64,000 nucleotides of DNA from Octopus sinensis (lineage: Eukaryota): the NCBI RefSeq assembly GCF_006345805.1, contig NC_043006.1:51150001-51214000 (forward strand), read 5' to 3'. The first letter of the stretch is position 1; each line of letters starts with the position of its first letter. A program made the translations under genes and the position numbers. This document shows positions 1 to 13,690 of this stretch, piece by piece. Under the pieces are notes generated by a model that saw only the letters and a program-made list of their open reading frames with translations, was not told the origin of the DNA and searched no databases.

Positions 1-1637
1 GCCACTTAACCCTTTTGACCTCTTCTATATCACCAAAAGTTGAATTGAAATAACAGACCCCTAAAGAATATCTATTGTTCTCTGCAATACACCTATTTTT
101 CTAACTAGTTTTGTATAGTTATAAATACAAGAACTCCGTAAGCCAATGAGTCTGGCTGACCGGCAGAACGAAATGCCGTCTCTGAACGAAAAGGTACAGA
201 GGGACAACTGTGGTAACTCACCAACGAAGCAGTTGCTTCGTCCCACTACTTTCACTTTCACTAGCTCACTTTCTTTTCTCTGCAACATCACTCTATCTAT
301 CTTTGTCCCTGCTGCTACAATGACGAGAGCACAAATACAAACTATACGAGGATAATCTACAATATCTCTCTTTATTTCGCGTGCTTTACGAATTGTATAA
401 CACCAGCACCTTGTGGCTTGGCTATATACAAAGTAACGGTTAATAAATGTTTGTTTACATCTTCGATCACGGTTCTTTCATCTTGCACATCTACAACATC
501 AACACCAGTTACAAACGGTAACCTCCGACTTCAACACATATCCTAAAACATACCGTTACATAAGTACTGAAGCCGATTTGATTTCTAGCGGTTCCCTAAC
601 ATGGCCGCCGTCTAATGACTGAAGCAAGGAGAAGATCAAATACTGATGCTAATTTAATTTATTGTACTACTTTACAAACATTTGTGACCTTGTGCTTATG
701 TTCAAAATTATGTCTCCACCTTTCTACGTCCCAATTTTGAATTTCACCGAAGAAAACAGCCTTGATTTTCATACATTCGTGCTTGAATTAAAAGAGTACC
801 AGCAGTATTTTTTGGATTTAGTTGAGTTCAGTCGGTTGTGAACTTTTTGTTCCTTCCGTAGGAATTTAGTCTATCCATCCGTCTGGCACAGCATGGAGTT
901 TGGGGCATTGCCAGACAGACAGATGACGTCTGGTATGATAGAGACCGAGATGTAAATTCTTTCACTTTTCTTTTTCATTAGACTATGATAATGATAACAT
1001 ACTAAATATAACAAACTATAGCTTACCCAAAACCTGATACCTAGAAGATCTGTATAAAGTATGTCTGTCTATGTATAGTACCAGGTGTCTGGTTAGTAAA
1101 TCAAATAATTTATAACCGGTTTGAATCCCAGAATTCGCTCCCTTGATTTATTTCATATGAATTGTCGTTAACTTATTCGCATTACGGGTAAAGTTTCAGT
1201 TGATTAAAAATTATTTTTGGATCACTATATTAAGTAACAAATATTAGTGACGGAAGCAGTATTAATAACAAATAGCAATCTCTCGTGATGATTATCACAA
1301 TATTCGGATTTCTAACAGTATACCTACATAGAGCAGAATAAAAAGATTACCACTATATTAAGTATATTATTCCACACTTAATTATATGTTCTTCATGCAG
1401 ATGGCATCCCTAAGAAATTTTCAAACGTCAATTTTAAATAGCATGATCAGTAGCGAACACGTTTATCTATACGTCTCTGAAGAGTTCTAATAAAACCAAA
1501 CGACGTCCTGTGGCCAAAACATATTCGGAGACCAAAACACAAACGGAGACCGCAACACGTCACCTTACTTACCAAAGAGTAGACCTACTACCCCACTACA
1601 TATCTTCCTTTGAATTTAAATCCATTTAAATTTCTAA

Positions 1638-1674
<37 letters not shown>

Positions 1675-1890
1675 CATACCTCTCTCTCTATATATATATA
1701 TACATATATATATATAGCATCTAGTTTCAGCTCACGAGCTGTCGCCATGCTGGGGCACCGCCATTTGGTGTTGCTACATAATTTTACTTCACGAATGCTT
1801 TTTAGCAATTGACATTTGGTACATGAGAGAGTTTGATACGTGTGTGTTTGCGTGCGTGCGTGCGTATGTGTGTGTGCGCGCGCGTGTGTA

Positions 1891-2112
1891 TATTGGGTGG
1901 TCAGATAAATTCGTTCGTTTTTTTATTGTTTTGTTTTTTTCACCTTGGCACTCCAATGTCAATGTGAGGTATACTAGCCATCTCTATATGGCTAACCACA
2001 AAGGGATGTCTAGTATACCTCACATTGTCGTGCAGTTACTGTTTACATCTCGTTCAGAGATTCATTATTGACTCCAATGTCAGTTGTCTGAAAAGAGGTA
2101 AAATTTATTCAA

Positions 2113-2114
<2 letters not shown>
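1891..2114 (+). mobile_element. mariner-like MITE end with internal hairpin segment
   Basis: Begins TA|tattgggtggtcagataaattcgttcg. A second, shorter copy at 3839-3941 lacks 1962-2082. Confidence 0.5.
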
Positions 2115-2154
<40 letters not shown>

Positions 2155-2598
2155 CGCGCTCTTCCCCGCCTCTCTCTCTATCTCTCTCTCTTTCTCTCTC
2201 GCCAGCACCTTTTTGACATGAATTATCATAACTTCTTTTCATTATGAGTGTAATTTTAATAGATTAAAAAAATTATTTAGGGTTTACTGAATTAAATATG
2301 TCAACTCATACTTAATTAGTAAGCCTATAATGCTATGATTCATTCAAAGTCTCGTTTTGGATTCTCACTTTTTTTAATTTTTACAAATGAGAAAGAAAGG
2401 GGAAATAGTATATGATCTTTACATTCTTTATCGTTTCTCTGTTAATCTCCATATTTTTTCTAGACGAACGTATACCAATTAAGTTTAAACATTCAATTAA
2501 GTTTAAGCATGTGTGTGTGAGAGAGAGAGGGGGGAGAGAGAGAGTGTGTGTGTGTGTACGAAAGTTACACGCATCTGCGAGAATTTGTCTTTATATTC

Positions 2599-2930
2599 TC
2601 GACCCCAGGACTTATTCTTTGTAAGCCAAGTACTTATTCTATCAATCTTTTGTGCTGAACCGCTAAGTTACGGGGACGTAAACACACCACCATCGGTTGT
2701 CAAGCAATGGTGGGTGACAAACACAGACACACAAACATATACACACATACATATATATACATATATACGACGGGCTTCTTCCAGTCTCCGTCTACCAAAT
2801 CCACTCACAAGGCTTTGGTGGGCCCGGGGATATAGTAGAAGACACTTGCCTATGGTGCCACGCAGTGGGAATGAACCCGGAACCATGTGGTTGGTAAGCA
2901 AGCTACTTACCACAAAGCCACTCCTGCGCC
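2599..2930 (-). mobile_element. tRNA-derived SINE, family A (CORE-like central box)
   Basis: Minus strand: ggcgcaggagtggct head, ggttccgggttcattccc B-box region, ggcaagtgtcttctactata core. Multiple copies in the window. Confidence 0.8.
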
Positions 2931-3088
2931 TATATATTGAGCTTTTACATCGCTGAGGTCAGCTTTATTTGTCGTGGCTTCGTGGTCAGTAAAGTAAGTA
3001 TCAATCAAATACTGGAGTCGATATAATCGATTATACCTAACTGGTTACAATGAAACCAGTTGGTTTTAACGTGAAACCATATTCCAAA

Positions 3089-3601
3089 TCTATATATATA
3101 AAACTGTAGTTGTGTGAGTGTCTTTCCCCTTCGATTTAGATTCCTAACTACTCCCACATTTTGCGGTGCAGGTCAACCAAATTCGGGTATCTTATAGTCG
3201 TGGTTCATATCGAGCCCGTCTGAGTATTAGCGCGCGTCTACGATGAGTCTACGATTTTAAAAATAATTTAACATCATTTTTTATTCCATTTTAATGCATA
3301 ATTTTTCGTGTGTCGATGGCGGCGGAGTTGGCGTCCATGGTCACACCTGCACCTGTTTGCTTCTCCCCCTTCTTTCCTCCCTCGTGAAGCTGTGGGGAAG
3401 GGAGTGTAAGGAAATCAACGTCGTAAAGCGTTGTCAAGGAGACCAGCGTTCTTTTAGAACAACGACTTCATGGCTTGAAGACACCAAAACAGAAATGGCT
3501 AAGAAAGCCCGAATTGGCATCTGTAAGGGAAGTAACTCTCTAAAAATGCTTATATAGTTATTTCCCTTACAAACCCGAGCAACGCCGGGCGATACTGCTA
3601 G
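3089..3601 (+). mobile_element. non-autonomous Helitron-like element
   Basis: A|TCtatatat 5' end, subterminal hairpin cccgagcaacgccggg, CTAG|T 3' end. The same termini occur at 33101 and 41718. Confidence 0.75.
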
Positions 3602-3838
3602 TTGAATATAAATTACTCAGCAAGCTTGCCCGAGGTACGGTCCCCTTCGGCCTCTTTCTATCAGAAGTTTCAACTTTCAATTGAATTCGAATTAAAGCTA
3701 ATCTGCTTCTTCAGCTCGAATTGCAACACCGAATTTCTGTTGGGAGAAACTAGGAAACCACAACAAAAACTTTATCGTATCACCAAAATGTTTATGGCCT
3801 TATGCTTTAGTTGTGGTAGTGTGTGGGGGGGGGGCGTA

Positions 3839-3941
3839 TATTGGGTTGTCGGATAAATTCGTTCGTTTTTTTATTGTTTTGTTTTTTTCAACTTGGCACT
3901 CCGACGTCACTTGTCTGAAAAGAGGTAAAATTTATTCAAAT
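3839..3941 (+). mobile_element. short copy of the mariner-like MITE end
   Basis: Aligns by eye to 1891-1961 plus 2083-2114. Confidence 0.5.
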
Positions 3942-4060
3942 TTCGAAAACAATAAACAAAAGTTGTGGAGGAAGGATAGAGAAACAAAAAAGAACAACAA
4001 AATAAACAACAATAAAACACTAGGTTAAAATTTTTTTTATGTTAATCCAAATACCATTAC

Positions 4061-4260
4061 TCTCTTTTACTTGTTTCAGTCATTTGTCTGCAGCCATGCT
4101 GGACCACCGCCTTTAGTCGAGCAAATCGACCCTAGGACTTATTCTTTGGAAGCCTAGTACTTATTCTATCGAACCCTTTTGCCGAACCGCTAAGTTACGG
4201 GGACGTAAGCACACCACCATCGGTTGTCAAGCTATGTTGGGAGACAAACACAGACACACA
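4061..4260 (-). mobile_element. SINE family A, 3' portion
   Basis: ttcttttacttgtttcagtcatt...gaccctaggacttattcttt...aacacagacacac, as in the full copy at 55522-55995. Confidence 0.75.
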
Positions 4261-4751
4261 AGGATTAAAAAATAAATTGTGGGTAGGGGATAAAAAGAAA
4301 CTAATGAATCTATTTAACAATCTAATATATATATTAAATTACTTAAAAATCACTATGCAGTACAATTTGCTAAAAAAAAGACACCAATAGAAACTGACAT
4401 TTCTGTACAAAGCGCTCTATTCCCAGCTTTAAAAAGTAAAAGCAATAAATTATAATAGTACTTGAAATTTTAGGTTTTCTCTGCCATTTAGCCGTTGTGA
4501 ATTGCTTATTCGACAAACTTTAATAGGAACAAATATTTCTAAAGAAATTTTCGTTCGAAAATGCCACTGACTGCCTACGACTTCCTTTTCTTGTGTAGAG
4601 TAACACACCCATCAAAATATCAAACCACACTCATGTAACATGATAGAAATAACTTTGTTTTCTAACTATTCTTTCTTCCTGTTCCGGTTCTTTGTCTTAA
4701 TGAACGAATGCGGGCAGTTACAATAAAATGCTTGGCGCAATAAAATCTTTA

Positions 4752-5155
4752 GGCGTGGCTCTGCGGGTAAGAAGCTTGCTTCCCAACCAGGTGTTTTGGG
4801 TTCAGTTTCATTGTGCGGCGTAGAGGCGCGTGGCTTAGTGGTTAGGGTGTTGAACTCATGATCGTATGGTTGTGGTTTCGATTCCTGGACTGGACACTTC
4901 ATTTCACGTTGTTCCAGTCCACTCAGCTGGCAAAATGAGTAACGCTGCGATAGACTGGCGTCCCGTCCAGCTGGAGAACACATACGCCATTGAAACCATG
5001 AGCCTGGCTAGGCTTTAGAAGGACAGATTTATTTTTTTATTTTCATTGTGCGGCACTTTGAGCCAGTGTTTTCTGGTGTAGCCCCGGCTTAACGAAAGAC
5101 TAATGGATATGGATTTAACAGACAGAAACTAAAAGAAGCCTGTCGTACATATATA

Positions 5156-5204
<49 letters not shown>

Positions 5205-5410
5205 GTGCGTGTGTGAGTGTGTTTGAGTGTGTAACTGTATATGTGACTCTGTGTCTGTGTTGTGGTTGTACCCCCATCACTGCTTGACAACCACTGCTGA
5301 TTTGTGTACGCCCTTGTAACTCAGTTGTTCGGCAGAAGGCTCCGATAGGGTAAGTACCAGACCTAAAAATAAATCCTGGCTTGCATCTGTTCGACTTAAT
5401 CCTTCAAGGT
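4752..5410 (+). mobile_element. SINE family A copy, split by a nested family B SINE
   Basis: Head ggcgtggctctgcgggtaagaagcttgcttccc. The core resumes at 5055 after the TSD, followed by the (TG)n body. Confidence 0.7.
4820..5040 (+). mobile_element. tRNA-derived SINE family B, nested, 14-bp TSD
   Basis: TSD tttcattgtgcggc at 4806-4819 and 5041-5054. A box tggcttagtgg, B box gtttcgattcc, T-rich tail. Confidence 0.85.
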
Positions 5411-6000
5411 TATTGCAATTTCTTTCCATTATGAGAGTAATTTTAATGGATTAAAAATTATTTGCGGTCTACTGAATTAAACATGTCAACTCACAATTAA
5501 TAAGTCTATAATTTTATAATTCATTTAAAGCCTCGTTTTGGACTCTATTGTCTTGAAATTTCATAAATTAAAAAGAAAGGGGACTCTAACTGCTGGAGCC
5601 CCAGAATAGTTACAGTCTCTTATTCATACTAGCAGAAGAAACAAAAGAGCCTTTTAGACCTACTGTTTATATAAGTTAAGTGAATTAAGAAAGCAATACA
5701 GTACGGATTGTTATAATCCATATCACTCATTTCACATAGTAATTTGTTTTTATAGATTATAGTTAATATTTAAGCATAAAATTCTGTATTCCTAGTTTGA
5801 AAAACAACAACGATAAATCGTTACAGGACCTCAGATGTTCTGTCGATAAATCTATTGCATAGCCATTGTACATTCTTTGTTAATTTTTTTTTCTTAAACT
5901 TTTGTGAGAACAAAATTTCTAAACAGGTTTTTGTTTGAAAACCTACTGGTAGGCTGTGACTTTTTTTTAATTTTTCTTTTTAGAGTGAAAATGTGAAGAC

Positions 6001-6310
6001 GTATGGCTTGGTGGTTAGGACATTCGGCTCACGATCGTAAGTTCGTGAGTTCGATATCCGATAGCGCGTTGTGTCCTTGAGCAATTTACTATTTCTTGTT
6101 GCTCCAGTTCACTCAGCTTGCAAAAATGAGTAGTACCTGCATTTCTAAGGGCCAGCTTCGTCACATTTTGTATCACACTGAATCTTGCTGAGAACTGCGT
6201 TAAGTGCACGCATGTCTATGGAGTGCTCAGCTACTTGCACGTTAATTTCACGAGCAGGCTGTTCCGTCGATCGGATCAACTGGAACCTTCGACATTGTAA
6301 TCGACAAATA
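6001..6310 (+). mobile_element. SINE family B, long-tail variant
   Basis: tggcttggtggttagg...gagttcgatatcc head; tail homologous to the reverse complement of 56555-56740. Confidence 0.7.
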
Positions 6311-6863
6311 CCAGTAAATGGAGTGAGAACATCACCTAAATTTCAAAGCAACCTGATGTAAAAAGCTAATAGTAATTTTGTTTCACTTCCATTCTTCCTC
6401 TCTTGGCTCCTCATTTAATTGAACAAGTAGTGAACGAAAATTAAGTGGTTTGGAGTATATTAGAAGCAAATTAATTGATATAAATTTTAACAAACTGTAC
6501 TCTGTGGCTTTCTTAATTCACTTAACTTCAATAAACAGTTCGTCTGTAAGAGTTTCGTAAACTCTTTGTAAGAGTTTCGTAAGTGCCATGCACGAAGCTC
6601 TCAGCTTCTGAGCCCCTTTTGTAACTTTGGAGCTGATTAGCACACATATTTACACACAAACACATACACACACACCACCACCACACACACACATGCACAT
6701 ACACACACATACACACATACAAACACACACAAATGTGTGTATGTATGTATACATGCATGTGTACATATGCTTGCATACATAAATGCATTTATGTATGCAA
6801 GCATATATACATACATACACACATACATACATACATACATACATACATACATACATACATACA

Positions 6864-6894
<31 letters not shown>

Positions 6895-6896
<2 letters not shown>

Positions 6897-7075
6897 TCCC
6901 TTCGAAACGCGGGATAGATAAAACGGGGGACAACTGATGAAAGGAATGTTCTTTATGTTGCCTGTCTCGTTTCTCTGGTTGTTTGTTTTTTTCGTTGTTC
7001 AAAAAAGTTCGTTTTCTATGTTTTTGCTTTTTATGTTCTAGTTTCTCATTCTGTCCACGTTTATGTCCTGTACCC
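6895..7075 (+). mobile_element. Penelope-like repeat with split hammerhead-like motifs
   Basis: Contains cgaaac (6903-6908) and CTGATGA (6934-6940). Homologous to 48711-48880. Confidence 0.4.
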
Positions 7076-7116
7076 ATGCCCTAGCATGACCACAGCTTGT
7101 GAGCTGAAACTAGATG

Positions 7117-7164
<48 letters not shown>

Positions 7165-7557
7165 ATATACATACATACATACATACATACATACATACAT
7201 ACATACACATACATACATACATATAGAAATATGTTACACAAAGAAAATAGAAACTACATGTGGAAATGTAAAGGGAAAGTAAGAAGAAAAATAAGCGAAA
7301 ATGCACATTGGAAATCAAAAAAGTAAAGGCTTTTTATGAAAAGTAACGATAGATATATACAATTAGATGAACTGAGGTAGGAATAAGAGTAATAAAAGTC
7401 ATTATTGTGGATTGTTAAAGAGATTCAAAAGCATACTGGTTTCGTGAATTTACAAATCAGTGCTTTGAATGCATATATATATATACACACATATATATAC
7501 ATATATATACACATACATACATACATACATACATACATACATACATACATACATACA

Positions 7558-7588
<31 letters not shown>

Positions 7589-7651
7589 GTATATATTGTA
7601 GTGTATATATAAGATGCAAGATCATTATTTATTTCATATCTTTTTCTTCAG

Positions 7652-7874
7652 AGGGAGTGTATCAGTATCCATGTTGGACAGGCTGGAGTACAAATTGGTA
7701 ACGCCTGCTGGGAACTCTATTGTCTGGAACATGGAATTCAACCGAATGGCCAGATGCCAGTTGATACGTTTATACCTGGAGGTGATGATTCCTTCAACAC
7801 TTTTTTCCGTGAAACTGGTGCTGGAAAACACGTCCCTCGGGCTGTATTTGTAGATTTGGAACCAACAGTTGTCG
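7652..7874 (+). CDS. TUBA: alpha-tubulin gene 1, exon 2 (codons 2-76 partial)
   Basis: Acceptor tttttcttcAG at 7650-7651. The exon encodes [76 protein letters not shown] donor at 7875; length 223 nt, phase-1 junction. Confidence 0.97.
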
Positions 7875-7988
7875 GTAGGAGAATTATTGCTTTTGTTTTC
7901 TTTTTTTTTTCAATTATTTTATTATTAATTTTATTTCTCTATATATTTATTTTGTTAGTTGTTTCTTTTACGGTGTAATGTTTCTAAA

Positions 7989-8093
7989 GGCGCAGGGGTA
8001 GCTGTGTGATAAGTAGCTTGCTTACCAACCACATGGTTCCGGGTTCAGTCCCACTGCGTGGCACCTTGGGCAAGTGTCTTCTACTATAGCCTT
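7989..8093 (+). mobile_element. SINE family A head and core, in intron 2 of tubulin gene 1
   Basis: ggcgcaggggtagct...ccttgggcaagtgtcttctactatagcc, 3' truncated. Confidence 0.8.
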
Positions 8094-8916
8094 GGTTGGA
8101 TTCTAGTAGTAGTGTTACGTGTAAGAATTCCAGAAAGAAAGTGATGTGAGTAGTAGTTTTGAACTTTCTTTACGGATTTATTATCAGGATGATGTCTGGC
8201 AAACATGTTTCGTTGCCATTATCCATTTCCACATTTTGAAACTGTTTGGTGTTGGTGGTTCTGCCCCATACTTCACTGCATCTGTTATTCATATGGAAAA
8301 GATTTAATTCTGTACGTTGGCAGCCTTGCCTCTTGGTATCCTGAGCAAAGTTATGAGTTTAAACTTGATAGGTTTAAGCAACTGAACAACCCACACCATA
8401 GTCATAGATGCCAAACATAGAAATTAAGGTACTCCAGTACTTAAGTAAAGACGGTCAAATTGTCACATTATGAGTGAATCAATCGAGATTACTGAATTTT
8501 CTCTGTGAAATATATTTGAAATGCTACGAAAAGAAATTAAATCTATGAGAAGAACTTACACCTTAAATTTAACATATTCAACTTTACTTTCCATGAGGAA
8601 CTTGTAATATTAGGCCATACAATGTAATCTGTAGCTTGAATCTTATAGTATCATTTGTAACCTTAGATTAAAATTTCTCTGAGTTTGGAAACTCTATAAA
8701 TTGTTTATCTGGTGCACAGAAATCACTAGAATGTCTTTTTCTTCAACAAAAAATCCAGTTGGCGTTCTGTTTTTTTTAAAGAAGGTTTTAGAAATAACTT
8801 AATATAAGTTTTGTTTTGTTTTGTTTTTTTGGGGGGGGTTTTGTATTTTTGGTGTGGGGATGAACGTTAGTAAACATTTTTACAGAAATGTCTTTATTTA
8901 TATACATTCAACTTAA

Positions 8917-10089
<1,173 letters not shown>

Positions 10090-10189
10090 ATAAACACCAG
10101 AAGCCATGCATCGTGCTGTCGAGGGGTTTTGTTAAACTTAAGTAAAAACAACAAAAACTATTTTTTAGACAAATATAACTTTTATGGAA

Positions 10190-10870
10190 TTTCCATCATA
10201 TCATCATAGAACTGTTATTGTGGAGTTGTTTCTATTGAAATGTCATCATACTGCTATAAACTCAGAAATGTCTGCATGAGGCTCTGTCATAATAACGTCA
10301 TCAAAGACTATCATTTTCCAATTGTCGTCACAGAGAATTCATCATTTCTTTGCCATTGTACTGTCACAACTGAGCTGTAGCAGTACAATGCTTTCATATC
10401 AAAGAGCTATCGTGTAAAAGTGTCATAACATAGCTATCATGACGGCTCTGTTGTCACAGAGTTGACATATGTAACAGCGCTGTCATTACAGAACCGTCAT
10501 ACTAAGAAGCCTTATCACACGGCTTTCACTGTCATGACAGAGTTGTCATAACTAATAGCTGTCATGACAGAGCTGCCGTGCTAATAAGTGCCAACACATG
10601 ACTATCATACCGCCACTGTCATGACAGGGCTGTCATAACTAACAGCACTGTCATCACAAATGGCGTTAGCATTCTGATTTCATAAATGTCAGCATAAAGC
10701 TGTTACCATAATGATTCCATGGTTCAGCAATCACTGAAAAGCTGATATTACAAAGCTGTCATAACAAAACTACAATCACAGGGATGTTATAACAGAAGTG
10801 TTATGTCACTGCTGTCTTCACGAAGCTGTCATTATAGAGCAGCTATTACAATGGTGACATGACAGAGTTG
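10190..10870. repeat. degenerate minisatellite of self-complementary CTGTCATGACAG units downstream of the gene 1 stop
   Basis: Perfect 12-mers at 10529, 10559 and 10616. About 14 CTGTCA/TGACAG hexamers in about 600 bp. Confidence 0.7.
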
Positions 10871-11008
10871 TGTGAGTATGTATGTATGCCATAAAATGTT
10901 CAGGCTCTTATCCATATCGACTTTCAGAAAGGCAGCCCTTTGAACCGTGAAGGTAATAATCTTCATAATCTCGTTCAAAATCGAAGCCCATATCTACAAA
11001 CATAGCTA

Positions 11009-11009
11009 T

Positions 11010-11068
<59 letters not shown>
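11009..11068. repeat. (TAC)n microsatellite
   Basis: Direct reading. Confidence 0.9.
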
Positions 11069-11069
<1 letters not shown>

Positions 11070-13476
11070 AGTTAGAGACAAGAGAATCAATACTAAACAA
11101 CGATATTGACAGCTATGACGTTACAGATCTTTCCGAGTTCAGGCATTGAAAACTGAAGGAAAGAATACAAAGAATCTCTATATTTAGAAAATAACATTGT
11201 TTTGAAAATGAATGTTATATTTAGCAATATTCAAAAAGTGTTATAATTAGCAATATTCAAAAAGAAAGGGAAATGTTCATAAATAGAAATCTATTAGACC
11301 AGTTATCGTGTTAAAAAGTTGATAGAAGATTTTGATATGTTCTATAACAGTTTTTTTTTTTATCATGTCTACTCGATCAGAAGTTAAAAAAATAACAACA
11401 GCAAACTCTTCGAGAGAACCTCTAACAGCCAAATTTTCCTCAAATCCCACTACATTGTATTAGGAAACGAAAGGACGCATTAGATAATCAGGGTTCTGTT
11501 TTGTCATAACTGCACTTGATCAAGGTTTACTTAGAACTAAACAACAACAAAATACGCGTGATTCTCTGCGAGGTCGTTTGATCTGTTGGAAATGGTCACT
11601 AAGACCGTCCTCATACCGCACCCTACCGACTTAAAAAAGGGAGGACAAGTCTGAAAACTACTATGAGATGCATGGTGCCTTAAGATTTAAAACTTCTTCA
11701 TGTTGTATATGTAGGGCAGGTTAGCTAATCTCACTGAGATTATCCTACCCTTGTGCTATTTATACCCATACAACAAATTGTTATTGTTTCGTTCTGTGTT
11801 AACCTTAATCGAGAAAATATAATCATGAGCATCTCAGCCATGATCTTTTTACAGATAACATTGGATGTTATCTGTAAAATTACAATGAGACCACTTTTTA
11901 AGCCGGTTGGGTGTGACCCGAAGAGGATTTGGCTGCTATTCTTAATAGGTCTAGCGACCACGAAAAGACATTTGGAAGCCAGTGAAAATGTGAACTTTAT
12001 AGAAGTGTAGCAGCTCAACAGCTGCGAGCTGTTCCTAGTTACAGCTAAGCGGAAATATTCTTCTCCCCTAGGAGAAACCACAATCAATCGATTAGTTAAT
12101 TACTTAATTTTTTAACTAGTTGGCAAGTAATAATAAAAGAATCAAAATATTAGTACTGTATGCGTTTTATTGATAAAATGGCGTTCCCAAGATACTTATG
12201 CTTCAAGACACGATTGCACATCAGTAATATTGCTAAGCAAATACAAAGACGAAATAGATAGAAATGATTTGTGAGATTTTTTTTTATGTTTGGGTCTGGG
12301 TAAGAAAGAAGGTCACTTGTTGCATGAACACTTAATAACAAAGTGAATGCTGGCAAACAGATTCAAACTCCATTAAATAAAAATTTTGGAGTTGCCTCCC
12401 CTATTTCTTAGACTGAAGTGTATCATGAGTGTAATATTTTTTATGGTTTACTATATCATGTAAGGTAGTACCCTATTGAGAGCTAGATGTGTTAAGCAAT
12501 TCTACAGCGCAGACTAGAATCCACTCAACCATTCATGGCTCTCAAAATTCCTGCTTAAACTGAGATAAAGTTTTAGATTTCATAGTTTTGGGCCGCTACA
12601 GAATGTTGTCGTCTGCTTTTGCTTTGTTTGATTTTCTTGCTCGAAACATCGACTTAATCACTGCAGTATATGATAAATAAAATAAACAGGAAAGCGCTAA
12701 TTAAACAATGCGTAATTAACTAACTTGTACGAAGTTATAAATACGGGAATGAGCTGTTGAGAGTGCTGCAAGTGTGGTAGCGTATTTGATTAAAGGCTCC
12801 CCCCGCCTTACTCCTCCTTCAAAGCAAACTTGTCACTTGATATAAAGCCAAGTCTCGCAAGGAACTCGCTCCTTGTTTTTGTTTTTTGGGTTTTTTTTTC
12901 TTTTACCTCATGCTTTTCTTTCTCGTTATGTCATGTCCATGCTTATACCAAACATACAAATATATTCAATAAATAATGACCCTTTTCTCTGTATACACGA
13001 AAATTGTTTTCACAATTAAAAAAATTGGTTTTCTTTTTCGTTTTTTAACATTAAAAAAAAAAAATTCAAATAAAATAAAGTGGGGGTAAAGTACTATTAA
13101 ATAACAGGAAAATTTCAGGAATCAAAATTTCCATTTGTGATATTGCGGAGAATATTGCACGCATCTAAACAATATAATCACAACAAACATCTTTTGAATA
13201 AAATTTGGTCTTTTTGTTTATTTGTATTTTGTTTTTGTTTTTTGGGCGGTTTTTTCGTCTAGTTATTGTGAGGCAAATTCCAGTTTATTTATCAAAAAAA
13301 AAAGCAAAATACAAGAATGTTAGTAAACTAGCGACAGTCTGTGTTGGCAAAATTAGTTAGTGTGTTATTTTGTGCAGAAGACTAATTTCTAATATTGCAG
13401 GAAGTCCTGACATCGATTACATTGTGTGCCGTAAGAGTACTACTAAAGAATTCGTTATTATGTAGCGCAGATCAGA

Positions 13477-13690
13477 GCGGTGAGCTGGCAGAATCGTTAG
13501 AACACCAGACAAAATGCTTAGCGGCATTTCGTCTGTCTTTACGTTCTGAGTTCAAATACCACCGAGGCCGTCTTTGCCTTTCATCCTTTTGGGGTCGATA
13601 AATTAACTAACAGTTACGCACGGGGTCATTGTCATCGACTACCCCCCTCCCCTAAAATTTCTGGCTTTGTGCCTATAGTAGAAAGGATCA
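13477..13690 (+). mobile_element. tRNA-derived SINE family D (Meta-like central domain), alternative tail
   Basis: gcggtgagctggcagaatcgttag head, gagttcaaatac B box, gcctttcatccttttggggtcgataaa core. Confidence 0.75.

Noticed and set aside
1961-2026. TGAGGTA in a hairpin arm suggesting let-7
   Set aside because: Only a short seed-like match; the rest differs from let-7 and the hairpin is inside a transposon-like repeat.
6528-7625. Many ORFs rich in YI, MYVC, HT or SIYL repeats (here and at about 14.7, 29.9, 33.8, 48.6, 54.4, 56.4 and 59.4 kb)
   Set aside because: They are translations of (TA)n, (CA)n, (ATAC)n and (ATCT)n microsatellites, which lack stops in some frames.
11740-12087. 115-aa ORF between the tubulin genes
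   Set aside because: No recognisable domain, splice context or compositional support.
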